DNA of 36,764 bases, taken from a virus. The number at the start of each line of letters is the position of its first letter. Within the stretch, counting starts at the first letter, position 1. The DNA lies in the IMG/VR virus record IMGVR_UViG_3300045988_146803, one strand, 5' to 3'. Below the pieces are notes generated by a model, which had not been told where the DNA came from, ran no database searches, and worked only from the letters and a program-made list of their open reading frames with translations. Below are positions 8,895-15,034 of the stretch, one piece after another. Made by a program: the position numbers and the translations under genes.

Positions 8895-9305
8895 ATGTGG
8901 AAATCTCAAAGAAAATGGCTCTTCTTGCTGCTGGCGTGCTCCTTGTGGCTTTTGGCTGGTTCTACTTCGCGGGCCGAGGGGATGTATCAGATATCGGAAA
9001 GCGAGCTGACGACACTCGAGCAGAACTTACATCGGCTAGAGAAGAACAACGAGAGCAAGCAGCAGCTCTTGACCGAGCAGAAGGCGCAGCTGACCGAAGC
9101 CAATCAGCAATTAGAAATAGCCAAAGTACAACTGGAAGAATCGAGGAGATTGAACGATCGGACATTGAAATCATTAGAGAGTGCAAATCGATCCTTACAA
9201 GTGTTAGAAAACGAGGCAAAGCGGAAAATTAGGGTTAAGACTAGGCAAAGAAATCTATGGATCGGTGTATCCGCTGCTTTACTTTACGCTTATATCTCCC
9301 AATAA
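8895..9305 (+). CDS. Lysis-cassette membrane protein with signal/lipobox-like N-terminus, coiled coil and C-terminal TM segment (unimolecular-spanin-like)
   Basis: ATG 8895 follows AGGAGG (8885-8890). Product MWKSQRKWLFLLLACSLWLLAGSTSRAEG, then heptad-rich LEQNLHRLEKNNESKQQLLTEQKAQLTEANQQLEIAKVQLEE, then C-terminal NLWIGVSAALLYAYISQ. The C/G-ending codon bias matches neighbouring genes better than the overlapping frame 8873..9232. Confidence 0.6.
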   Translation: MWKSQRKWLFLLLACSLWLLAGSTSRAEGMYQISESELTTLEQNLHRLEKNNESKQQLLTEQKAQLTEANQQLEIAKVQLEESRRLNDRTLKSLESANRSLQVLENEAKRKIRVKTRQRNLWIGVSAALLYAYISQ

Positions 9306-9317
9306 ATTACGCGGATT

Positions 9318-9339
9318 TCCGTCAAAAATCCGTCAAAAA
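9318..9339 (+). repeat. Tandem pair TCCGTCAAAAA x2 (candidate integrase arm-type sites)
   Basis: TCCGTCAAAAA occurs at 9318-9328 and again at 9329-9339. Confidence 0.6.
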
Positions 9340-9522
9340 CTTCTGGGAAACTGCGCAAAAATTGGCGAAAAGACTGACGTAATAAAAAAGTTGAATATGT
9401 AAAATCATTAGACTTTATCGAATGTCAAGAATATTTGCAAATTGGTGTACAAATAGGGGCATTTAGAGTATAGTAAACTTAATACCTTGAAAGTATACGT
9501 ATTTGCCATATTCTTTTATTCG

Positions 9523-9544
9523 TCCGTCAAAAATTCGTCAAAAA
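9523..9544 (+). repeat. Tandem pair TCCGTCAAAAA / TTCGTCAAAAA (candidate integrase arm-type sites)
   Basis: The same 11-mer pair appears in the same orientation about 205 bp from the first pair. The integrase N-terminus looks like an arm-binding domain. Confidence 0.6.
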
Positions 9545-9549
9545 ATAAA

Positions 9550-9584
9550 AAGGGTGCCCTTATCAAAACAGGGCATCCTTTTTT
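9550..9584 (+). terminator. Rho-independent terminator (hairpin plus T-run; A-run upstream makes it potentially bidirectional, serving int as well)
   Basis: AAGGGTGCCCT (9550-9560) pairs with AGGGCATCCTT (9570-9580), giving 11 bp with one G.U on the plus-strand RNA. It is followed by TTTTTT and preceded by AAAAATAAAAA. Confidence 0.7.
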
Positions 9585-10677
9585 ATGATCCAAATATCCT
9601 ATCAACATCTCGCGCTGCCTTTGCTCTCATCTCATCCGTATAGTGGATATACACACGCTCCACCGTGGTGATGGTATCACCAAGGAGACTGGCGACTGTT
9701 TTGATATCCACACCGGAAGACAAGAGGCGCGTCGCATAGGTATGGCGGAAGTCGTGCATGCGGTGCGCAGGGAGATACTTGCGAAGGATGGTATTCAGTG
9801 TCTCGCCATGCCGGTATTTTGTCAGGCGGCCATGGAAGTAGAGGACGCGGAAATCCCTGTACTCTACGAGCGCCTGATACAGAAGGCGGGGGATAGGTAC
9901 CGTGCGGCATGAATTTTTAGACTTCATGCGCTTGACACCCATCTCATACTTATGAACGCGGGAGAATTGCTTATTGAAAGAAATGCTGCGCGTCTCGAAA
10001 TCCACGTCCCCCATCGTGAGCGCCAGAAGCTCTCCCACGCGGGCCCCGGTGTACGCCGCGATAGTCATAAGGATCCACATCTCCAGATTCTCTTCATGCA
10101 GAGACGTCAGCAGGTAGGAAATCTCTTCAGCTGTCATTGTGCGAATGCGAGACGCCTCCCCTGCCTCGTCCATACGGGGCTTGTATGTCAGATCGGAAAT
10201 CGGTGAAATGCTGATGACGCGATACTTCACAGCCTCTTTAAAGAGATGCTTCATGTGCCGCACCCATCCTTTCTTCGTATTCTCCCCGAAAGGCAGCGTA
10301 TGAAGCCTCGTAAACATATCCGTATATGTGATATCCATCATCGGTTTATCCAGCAGAGAGCCGGAAACGGAAGTCATCCACTCATAGAGCATGAGAGAAT
10401 TTTCTGCCAGCTCCTTTCGACCGGAAAGGTAGAGATCGGAAAATTCGCGAAGCGTCATACCTTCATTCACCGGATCAATATCTCCTGCTTTCTTGACCGC
10501 CGCGAGCAGCTTCTCCTTCTCTTTATCAGAAGCCGCTAGAGACCGCAAGGCATAGCCTCCCTTAGACTTCTGCTTCCACTTCCCATCCCGATCCCGGTAG
10601 GAGAGGATCAGCTGGTAGCTCGCCCCGCCGTTTGTCTTCGCCCGCTTGCGGATGATAAATTTGTAATTCAGTTCCAT
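9583..10677 (-). CDS. int: Tyrosine integrase (phage integrase family) with N-terminal arm-type DNA-binding domain
   Basis: ARVGELLAL...HDFRHTYATRLLSSGVDIKTVASLLGD...VERVYIHY gives the R...HxxR...Y catalytic set. The N-terminus YQLILSYRDRDGKWKQKSKGGY is typical of arm-binding domains. RBS GGAGG lies 8 nt upstream of the ATG. Confidence 0.93.
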   Translation of the reverse strand: MELNYKFIIRKRAKTNGGASYQLILSYRDRDGKWKQKSKGGYALRSLAASDKEKEKLLAAVKKAGDIDPVNEGMTLREFSDLYLSGRKELAENSLMLYEWMTSVSGSLLDKPMMDITYTDMFTRLHTLPFGENTKKGWVRHMKHLFKEAVKYRVISISPISDLTYKPRMDEAGEASRIRTMTAEEISYLLTSLHEENLEMWILMTIAAYTGARVGELLALTMGDVDFETRSISFNKQFSRVHKYEMGVKRMKSKNSCRTVPIPRLLYQALVEYRDFRVLYFHGRLTKYRHGETLNTILRKYLPAHRMHDFRHTYATRLLSSGVDIKTVASLLGDTITTVERVYIHYTDEMRAKAARDVDRIFGS

Positions 10678-10695
10678 TAGAAAAACCTCCGTTCA

Positions 10696-10724
10696 TTGGA
10701 AACAGAGGCGGTACATGGTATAAT
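10696..10724 (+). promoter_or_regulatory. Near-consensus sigma70/sigmaA promoter pointing away from int
   Basis: TTGGAA (10696-10701), a 17-nt spacer, then TATAAT (10719-10724), preceded by TGG. This gives an extended -10 of TGnTATAAT. Confidence 0.55.
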
Positions 10725-10730
10725 ACAGTT

Positions 10731-10833
10731 GTAATCCGCCTCAATGCATGGGGACATTACACGCCAACGGGAGACTGCCATCTCCATCGGCACAGCCGTA
10801 TCCATACGAATGTATGGGTGCGGCTTTTAATTT
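10731..10833 (+). ncRNA. Candidate ~100-nt small RNA (promoter-to-terminator unit without a credible ORF)
   Basis: It lies downstream of the 10696-10724 promoter. It ends in a 14-bp hairpin, AGCCGTATCCATAC (10794-10807) / GTATGGGTGCGGCT (10812-10825), with two G.U pairs on the plus-strand RNA only, then TTTTAATTT. The only ORF inside is 28 aa and has no RBS. Confidence 0.4.
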
Positions 10834-10846
10834 GCACCAAAAGAGG

Positions 10847-11221
10847 TCAAGACGTATCCGGCGGCCCGCAGATCGCTGAATACTGGACTTCGATGACGGC
10901 ATCCACTGTCGCCTTTCCGGCGGGGGAGAGCAGCCGATACTTCTTGATAAGCTCTTCCTCGTGCTCGTTTAACTCGATAGCTTTTATTCGCATAGCGTTG
11001 CTCGATTTATACTCCGACTTTCCTATAATCCATAATGGATTGACGTTGAGAGCACGAGCAATAGCACCGATAACAGGAATCTTGATTTTAGAAATAGTTC
11101 CTTTTTCATATCTAGTAATCGTAGAAGCGGCTACCTGAATTCGTTCAGCTAATTCCTTGCGGGTTATGCCAACGTCCTCGCGTGTTGCTGATATTCGCAT
11201 ACCAATTTCCTTAGGTGTCAA
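10847..11221 (-). CDS. CI-like repressor, XRE-family HTH
   Basis: A TTG start at 11221 lies 6 nt after AAAGGAGGTG; ATG 11200 is the alternative start. HTH region ITRKELAERIQVAASTITRYEKGTSKIKIPVIGAIARALNVNPLWIIG. It is divergent from a Cro-like gene and adjacent to int. Confidence 0.85.
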   Translation of the reverse strand: MTPKEIGMRISATREDVGITRKELAERIQVAASTITRYEKGTISKIKIPVIGAIARALNVNPLWIIGKSEYKSSNAMRIKAIELNEHEEELIKKYRLLSPAGKATVDAVIEVQYSAICGPPDTS

Positions 11222-11261
11222 TGGTTTCACCTCCTTTCTGCAGATGATTATATCATCAATT

Positions 11262-11276
11262 ATTGCATACTGCAAC
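11262..11276. promoter_or_regulatory. Operator-like palindrome ATTGCATACTGCAAC
   Basis: Variant of the ATTGCA-N3-TGCAAT inverted repeat. Confidence 0.6.
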
Positions 11277-11303
11277 ATGATTATAGCAATAGAGTGGAAA
11301 ATA

Positions 11304-11318
11304 ATTGCGTAGTGCTAT
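11304..11318. promoter_or_regulatory. Operator-like palindrome ATTGCGTAGTGCTAT (degenerate copy)
   Basis: 12/15 match to ATTGCATAGTGCAAT. Confidence 0.5.
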
Positions 11319-11359
11319 TTACACACACGGAGGTTTGTGATAGGATATGCATAGAAGAA

Positions 11360-11374
11360 ATTGCATAGTGCAAT
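11360..11374. promoter_or_regulatory. Operator palindrome ATTGCATAGTGCAAT (perfect copy)
   Basis: Perfect 6-bp arms ATTGCA/TGCAAT around TAG, just upstream of the cro-like RBS. Confidence 0.65.
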
Positions 11375-11392
11375 TATAAAAGGGGGGTGAAT

Positions 11393-11626
11393 ATGATGAA
11401 AGCAAAGAAATTGGTAGATTCGAAACGGATCAGAGCAAGAATGATAATGTTAGGATTGCGTAATAGAGATCTCGCAAAAGCATGGGGGTGTGCCGAGCAG
11501 ACGGCTTCGCAGAAGCTGAACGGTACGCGACCGTTGTCGCTAGAAGAAGCTAATAAGCTGGCCCAGCTTCTCAAATTGAGCGAGGTTGAATATTACGTTT
11601 TTTTATTTAAACCGGAAATTGCATAG
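11393..11626 (+). CDS. Cro-like HTH regulator
   Basis: MMKAKKLVDSKRIRARMIMLGLRNRDLAKAWGCAEQTASQKLNGTRPLSLEEANKLAQLLKL is a short XRE/Cro (DUF739-like) pattern. The gene is divergent from the repressor, with a GGGGGG purine tract upstream. Confidence 0.8.
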   Translation: MMKAKKLVDSKRIRARMIMLGLRNRDLAKAWGCAEQTASQKLNGTRPLSLEEANKLAQLLKLSEVEYYVFLFKPEIA

Positions 11627-11632
11627 TGCAAT
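11618..11632. promoter_or_regulatory. Fourth operator copy ATTGCATAGTGCAAT overlapping the cro-like stop codon
   Basis: Exact repeat of 11360-11374. It lies between the cro-like gene and the RBS of the next gene. Confidence 0.6.
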
Positions 11633-11646
11633 CCAGGAGGCACGCC

Positions 11647-11958
11647 ATGCCACACAGCGAGAATCTGCTATCCCAGAAAGAGGTGGCCAAGCGATGGGGG
11701 TGCGACACCTCGACGATCGCCCGTCGAGAGAAAGACGGGTTGATCCAGAGGGCGATCGCCATCCCCGGCGTATGGTACACCCGAGCCTCCGTTGAAAGGG
11801 CGGAAGGCCTGGAAGGGGACGAGAGCCCCATGAGCCCTTTTGAAAGAAGGCGTCTCGAGAAAAGGATCCGGGAGCTGGAGAAGAAAGTATCCGGCTATGA
11901 AGACCAGTTCTATTTCCTTTCGGACGCCATGGAAAGAGTGAAGAAGATGATGAATTGA
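11647..11958 (+). CDS. HTH DNA-binding protein (MerR/excisionase-like) with C-terminal coiled coil
   Basis: ATG 11647 lies 6 nt after AGGAGG. HTH LLSQKEVAKRWGCDTSTIARREKDGLI, then RRRLEKRIRELEKKVSGYEDQ. Confidence 0.65.
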   Translation: MPHSENLLSQKEVAKRWGCDTSTIARREKDGLIQRAIAIPGVWYTRASVERAEGLEGDESPMSPFERRRLEKRIRELEKKVSGYEDQFYFLSDAMERVKKMMN

Positions 11959-11959
11959 G

Positions 11960-12316
11960 GTGAGGAAAGTGGATGAGAACGAATTCAAAAAATGCCGCGA
12001 GCAGTTGCTCGCGGCGGGGATCCAATTCGAGGAAGATCATATGTTCCTTTTCCCGTCAGACGCAATAGCGCTGAAGGCAAAGAAGTTTCTCAAGAGAGAT
12101 AAGAAAGAGGACCTTCTGGATTTCAAAAACTTCGAGAAGGCGGTGCAGCCACTGATGGACTACATGAGAAAACGCAGGAAGGAATCTCATGGGCTGGACG
12201 AAGCGGAAGTCGTAGTAAGATACGACGGCGCGAAACTCATGACGGGGCGATATGGGATACCGGAAGCGGAAATCAGCCGAGGGTCTCAACCGGATCCTTA
12301 TATGGAGGAGAAATGA
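11960..12316 (+). CDS. Hypothetical early protein
   Basis: GTG start after GAGGTGAGG. It is co-oriented and tightly packed with its neighbours. Confidence 0.6.
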   Translation: MRKVDENEFKKCREQLLAAGIQFEEDHMFLFPSDAIALKAKKFLKRDKKEDLLDFKNFEKAVQPLMDYMRKRRKESHGLDEAEVVVRYDGAKLMTGRYGIPEAEISRGSQPDPYMEEK

Positions 12317-12501
12317 CAGAAGAAGAGTTCATGAAAAGAAAAGAGCCCACCGTGCGCAGCTTGCTCTTGCAGTTAGCGGGAAAGGGGTTCACGGTGGATC
12401 AGGTGAATGAGGTGCTGAGAGCAGCAGCCAGCCTTGCAGGAATGACGCCTTTCACCGACGGCGTTATCGACGAGTTGAATAAGGGGAACCCGTGGTATTA
12501 G
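12313..12501 (+). CDS. Hypothetical early protein (62 aa)
   Basis: ATGA start/stop overlap with the preceding gene; GGAGGAG RBS. Confidence 0.6.
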   Translation: MTEEEFMKRKEPTVRSLLLQLAGKGFTVDQVNEVLRAAASLAGMTPFTDGVIDELNKGNPWY

Positions 12502-12655
12502 GACGTCGGGATAGCTCTTTGAGAATGCGATCATAGGCGCTCTGGTATGTGACGGCGAAGCTTTCTGGCGTTTGGGCAGAAGGTTCTGCGACAGTTATGC
12601 GATGCTTTAGCCACTCTAATGCCACGAAGTGCGCCTGCATTTCAAGATCATTCAT
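12464..12655 (-). CDS. Counter-oriented small protein (63 aa), unknown function
   Basis: ATG 12655 lies 5 nt after AAGGAGGTGA. It is the C-terminal part of listed ORF 12464..13126. An extended -10, TGCTATACT (plus coordinates 12681-12689), lies upstream. Product MNDLEMQAHFVALEWLKHRITVAEPSAQTPESFAVTYQSAYDRILKEL... Confidence 0.5.
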   Translation of the reverse strand: MNDLEMQAHFVALEWLKHRITVAEPSAQTPESFAVTYQSAYDRILKELSRRPNTTGSPYSTRR

Positions 12656-12712
12656 TGCTTTCACCTCCTTTCTGCTTATCAGTATAGCAGGAAGGAGGAG
12701 TGTGGAGGAAAG

Positions 12713-12973
12713 ATGACAGACGAAGAATTGCAAGAAGAACAGAGAAGGGACTTTGAAGCGAGAAGAGATCTCGCCTTTAAGCAGCTTGTGTGCGCCCTCA
12801 ATGAGGGTGATGCAGAGATCTTCGATATCGAAGTAGAGAAGAACAAGGAAGGCGAGGACGTCGCATGGATCTACTTCAGAGATGGAGGACTCGCACGTGT
12901 GAACATCTGCGGAGATACTATCATCACCGCGATCCGTGAGATCTTGAATTGTAAGAGACTGAAGGGAATGTGA
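12713..12973 (+). CDS. Hypothetical early protein (86 aa)
   Basis: Internal ATG of listed ORF 12629..12973, preceded by GGAGGAGTGTGGAGGAAAG. Acidic product MTDEELQEEQRRDFEARRDL... Confidence 0.6.
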   Translation: MTDEELQEEQRRDFEARRDLAFKQLVCALNEGDAEIFDIEVEKNKEGEDVAWIYFRDGGLARVNICGDTIITAIREILNCKRLKGM

Positions 12974-12983
12974 AGGAGAAGCC

Positions 12984-13232
12984 ATGGACAAGAAAGAATT
13001 GGAAAAGCAGATGAAGCAGATGAACGAGACGGCAGAGAAGTTCGAAAGATCCTTCGAGGCCTGGAGGAAGAAAAGGAATACAGCCGTCAAGGAAGTACTG
13101 AATGTTTTGGTAGACAGTGACCTCACCTACGAGGAAGCCGTCAATGTGTTAGATGGATGCCGGACGTACCTGCGGCACAATCTGAAGATCGAGAACATTG
13201 ATCTCAATGTAGAGGAGAGAGAACCATTTTGA
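12984..13232 (+). CDS. Hypothetical early protein
   Basis: RBS AAGGAGA; co-oriented and tightly packed. Confidence 0.65.
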   Translation: MDKKELEKQMKQMNETAEKFERSFEAWRKKRNTAVKEVLNVLVDSDLTYEEAVNVLDGCRTYLRHNLKIENIDLNVEEREPF

Positions 13233-13420
13233 CAGACGAAGAAGCAAAGACATTAGGAGAGCTTGCCCTGAAAGCGGACATGCTCCGCCGCCAATGCCGA
13301 GACATTGAAGAGAAGATGAAAGAGCAGAGAGCAGCCAGGAAGAGAATGGCAAAGTGCATGCTGGCAGAGCTCATCATTATCCTGGCATTCGCAGCGGGTA
13401 TCGCGGTATGGAAAGGCTGA
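13229..13420 (+). CDS. Small tail-anchored membrane protein (63 aa)
   Basis: TTG start overlaps the previous stop. Helical N-terminus, then a C-terminal TM segment MLAELIIILAFAAGIAVW. Confidence 0.55.
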   Translation: MTDEEAKTLGELALKADMLRRQCRDIEEKMKEQRAARKRMAKCMLAELIIILAFAAGIAVWKG

Positions 13421-13432
13421 TAGGAGGGAACC

Positions 13433-13627
13433 ATGACAAGCGCAGAAGCGGTCGAGGTCGTCCATCGAATGATGGAGGCCCGCGATCGGGAACAGGAAAA
13501 CATCGCTGCAGAAAAGCAAAAGGCAGCGAATGATTTCTGGAAAGAGGTATTTCACGCATTTGCAGCCTACGGGACGGCAGCCCTTGGCGTCCTTGCGTTC
13601 ACCCTGCTTATGGCGGTGGCACAATGA
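13433..13627 (+). CDS. Small tail-anchored membrane protein (64 aa)
   Basis: RBS AGGAGGG. C-terminal TM segment AFAAYGTAALGVLAFTLLMAVA. Confidence 0.6.
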   Translation: MTSAEAVEVVHRMMEARDREQENIAAEKQKAANDFWKEVFHAFAAYGTAALGVLAFTLLMAVAQ

Positions 13628-13866
13628 CTACGCTGAACGATATCTTGGCACTCATCCCCATGGAAGACCAGTGGATCTATGTCTTCGATACCGAGGGGCA
13701 CGAATATTATGAAGGATTCAAAGGGAATCTGGAACTCAGCGAAGAAGGAGAAGGGCTGATCGTCAGCAGGCTTTATGGGAATGATACTGATACGAAAGAT
13801 CCAAACTATGGCATCGTGCCGACCATCGAGATCGAGGTGAAAGCCAATGAGAGGCTGCTGGGTTAA
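13624..13866 (+). CDS. Hypothetical early protein
   Basis: ATGA overlap with the previous stop; acidic 80-aa product. Confidence 0.6.
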   Translation: MTTLNDILALIPMEDQWIYVFDTEGHEYYEGFKGNLELSEEGEGLIVSRLYGNDTDTKDPNYGIVPTIEIEVKANERLLG

Positions 13867-14044
13867 GCTCTGGATGATCGGAGAGCAGCTGTGTCATGTG
13901 TCCATTGACCAGTCGGACAAAGACTCCAAGTGGACCATCATGGCAGCTGCCGCCCTCATCAAAGAATATTGTAAAGAAACCGGGCTGGATCCCTCCATGG
14001 CAGCGGAGCATATCGCCCGAATGTTGGAGAAGAAACATGATTGA
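13847..14044 (+). CDS. Hypothetical early protein
   Basis: ATG lies 6 nt after GAGGTGA. Confidence 0.55.
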   Translation: MRGCWVKLWMIGEQLCHVSIDQSDKDSKWTIMAAAALIKEYCKETGLDPSMAAEHIARMLEKKHD

Positions 14045-14276
14045 CGAAGGAATCATTATTGAATTCATGAAGCACATCAAAAGGCAGCTTAGTGAAGAAC
14101 AGGCTAGGGCGGACAATGCGGATCATGAAGGAAGGACTAAAGACTACTTCTGGCACGCAGGCTACATCAGTGCCCTGAAAGAGAGCCTGAAAGAAATCGA
14201 AAGGGCTACCGGCATCACCGGTGTTTACGGGAAGGAGGAAACATGCAGGATACATACACGAAAGCAGAGCTTGTAG
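14037..14276 (+). CDS. Hypothetical early protein (79 aa)
   Basis: Internal ATG (MIDEGIIIEF...) of listed ORF 13896..14276, overlapping the previous stop. Confidence 0.5.
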   Translation: MIDEGIIIEFMKHIKRQLSEEQARADNADHEGRTKDYFWHAGYISALKESLKEIERATGITGVYGKEETCRIHTRKQSL

Positions 14277-14422
14277 AAAAATTCCAAGAGCTAGAAAAGC
14301 GGGAAATTATACGCGCGAAGCGTGATATGGAGCGGGGAGAAAGCGCCGCTGCCGAGTGGCACCTAAACCGCGCATCCATGCTGAAGGAGCTAATTGCTCT
14401 TACCGTGGCGGGGGCACTCTGA
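14243..14422 (+). CDS. Hypothetical early protein (59 aa, below ORF-track cutoff)
   Basis: ATG 14243 follows GGAAGGAGGAAAC. Product MQDTYTKAELVEKFQELEKREIIRAKRDMERGESAAAEWHLNRASMLKELIALTVAGAL. Its stop overlaps the next start (TGATG). Confidence 0.55.
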   Translation: MQDTYTKAELVEKFQELEKREIIRAKRDMERGESAAAEWHLNRASMLKELIALTVAGAL

Positions 14423-14625
14423 TGATCTACTACTGCGCACGCTGCGGGAAACCCATCCCGCGAGGGAAAGAAATGATGGAAAAGATGAATGGCCGCCTTG
14501 TGACGACACACATGGACTGCCGCGAAAGATACAGCAAGAGGACATTGGATCAGATGATTCACGAAGCCCTGGACAAAGGACCGGGAAACGAAATTCGTAG
14601 AAAGATGAGGGGTAGAAATGACTGA
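14422..14625 (+). CDS. Small CxxC/HxxC zinc-binding protein (67 aa)
   Basis: MIYYCARCGKPIPRGKEMMEKMNGRLVTTHMDCRERY; translationally coupled start. Confidence 0.55.
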   Translation: MIYYCARCGKPIPRGKEMMEKMNGRLVTTHMDCRERYSKRTLDQMIHEALDKGPGNEIRRKMRGRND

Positions 14626-15034
14626 GAAAGAAATCAAAGAATACACCGACAGAAAGATCAAGGAAATCAAAAAGGAAACCGAATGTGACGACTGCATCCT
14701 GCTCATTACAAAAGATGGTAACGGAGAAATGCGCATCGGCATCAACAACGAAGAATCTCTGGTGGTGTGTGCCCATCAAGTGATCAAAGCCTATGGAGAA
14801 CAGGGAAAGAACCCATACACCAGACAGACCTGCCTTCTGAGAGCGCTGACACAGCATCTTATCGACGAAATCAAAGAGGAAGTCGGTGAGAAGGGGCTCT
14901 CGGGAGAGATCGATGACCTGATCCCAAAAGAGACGGAAGACGATCCGCCTGCTGAAGAGGAAAGCGGCATGGTAAAAAGAATCTCCAAAAGAGGGAAGCC
15001 GGAGGCAGCAGATGATCCGTCTGTCGAAAAATAA
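14618..15034 (+). CDS. Hypothetical early protein with acidic C-terminus
   Basis: Listed ORF, co-oriented, overlaps its neighbours by a few nt. Confidence 0.65.
   Translation: MTEKEIKEYTDRKIKEIKKETECDDCILLITKDGNGEMRIGINNEESLVVCAHQVIKAYGEQGKNPYTRQTCLLRALTQHLIDEIKEEVGEKGLSGEIDDLIPKETEDDPPAEEESGMVKRISKRGKPEAADDPSVEK

Larger units (their letters stand above)
9306..9582. promoter_or_regulatory. AT-rich intergenic region, candidate attP
   Basis: A 277-bp non-coding, visibly AT-rich stretch lies between the end of the lysis cassette and the 3' end of int. It is flanked by two pairs of TCCGTCAAAAA-type direct repeats and contains short palindromes (TTTGCAAA, TGTACA). Confidence 0.5.
11222..11392. 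promoter_or_regulatory. Divergent immunity switch region (repressor and Cro promoters plus operators)
   Basis: Minus strand: two extended -10 elements, TGATATAAT (plus coordinates 11247-11255) and TGCTATAAT (11280-11288). Plus strand: a tentative TTTACA (11318-11323), 17 nt, TAGGAT (11341-11346). Three 15-bp palindromic sites are interleaved. Confidence 0.6.

Noticed and set aside
10796-10823. tRNA 3' fragment (as an attP core) in the hairpin containing CGAAT
   Set aside because: Stem and loop lengths (12-14 bp stem, 4-nt loop) do not fit a T-arm, and there is no acceptor/CCA-like continuation. It is better explained as an intrinsic terminator.
10941-10947. CTTGATA (pC194-type nick sequence) as the Rep nick site
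   Set aside because: A 7-mer is expected several times by chance in 73 kb of two-strand sequence. This copy lies inside the repressor gene, far from rep.
10818-11138. 106-aa plus-strand ORF
   Set aside because: It is antisense to the well-supported XRE repressor gene, has a GTG start with no RBS, and gives a low-complexity product.
12656-13126. Upstream 157 codons of the listed 220-aa minus-strand ORF 12464..13126
   Set aside because: This part is antisense to two plus-strand genes that have good RBSs. Only the last 63 codons, from ATG 12655 with its own strong RBS, look like a real gene.
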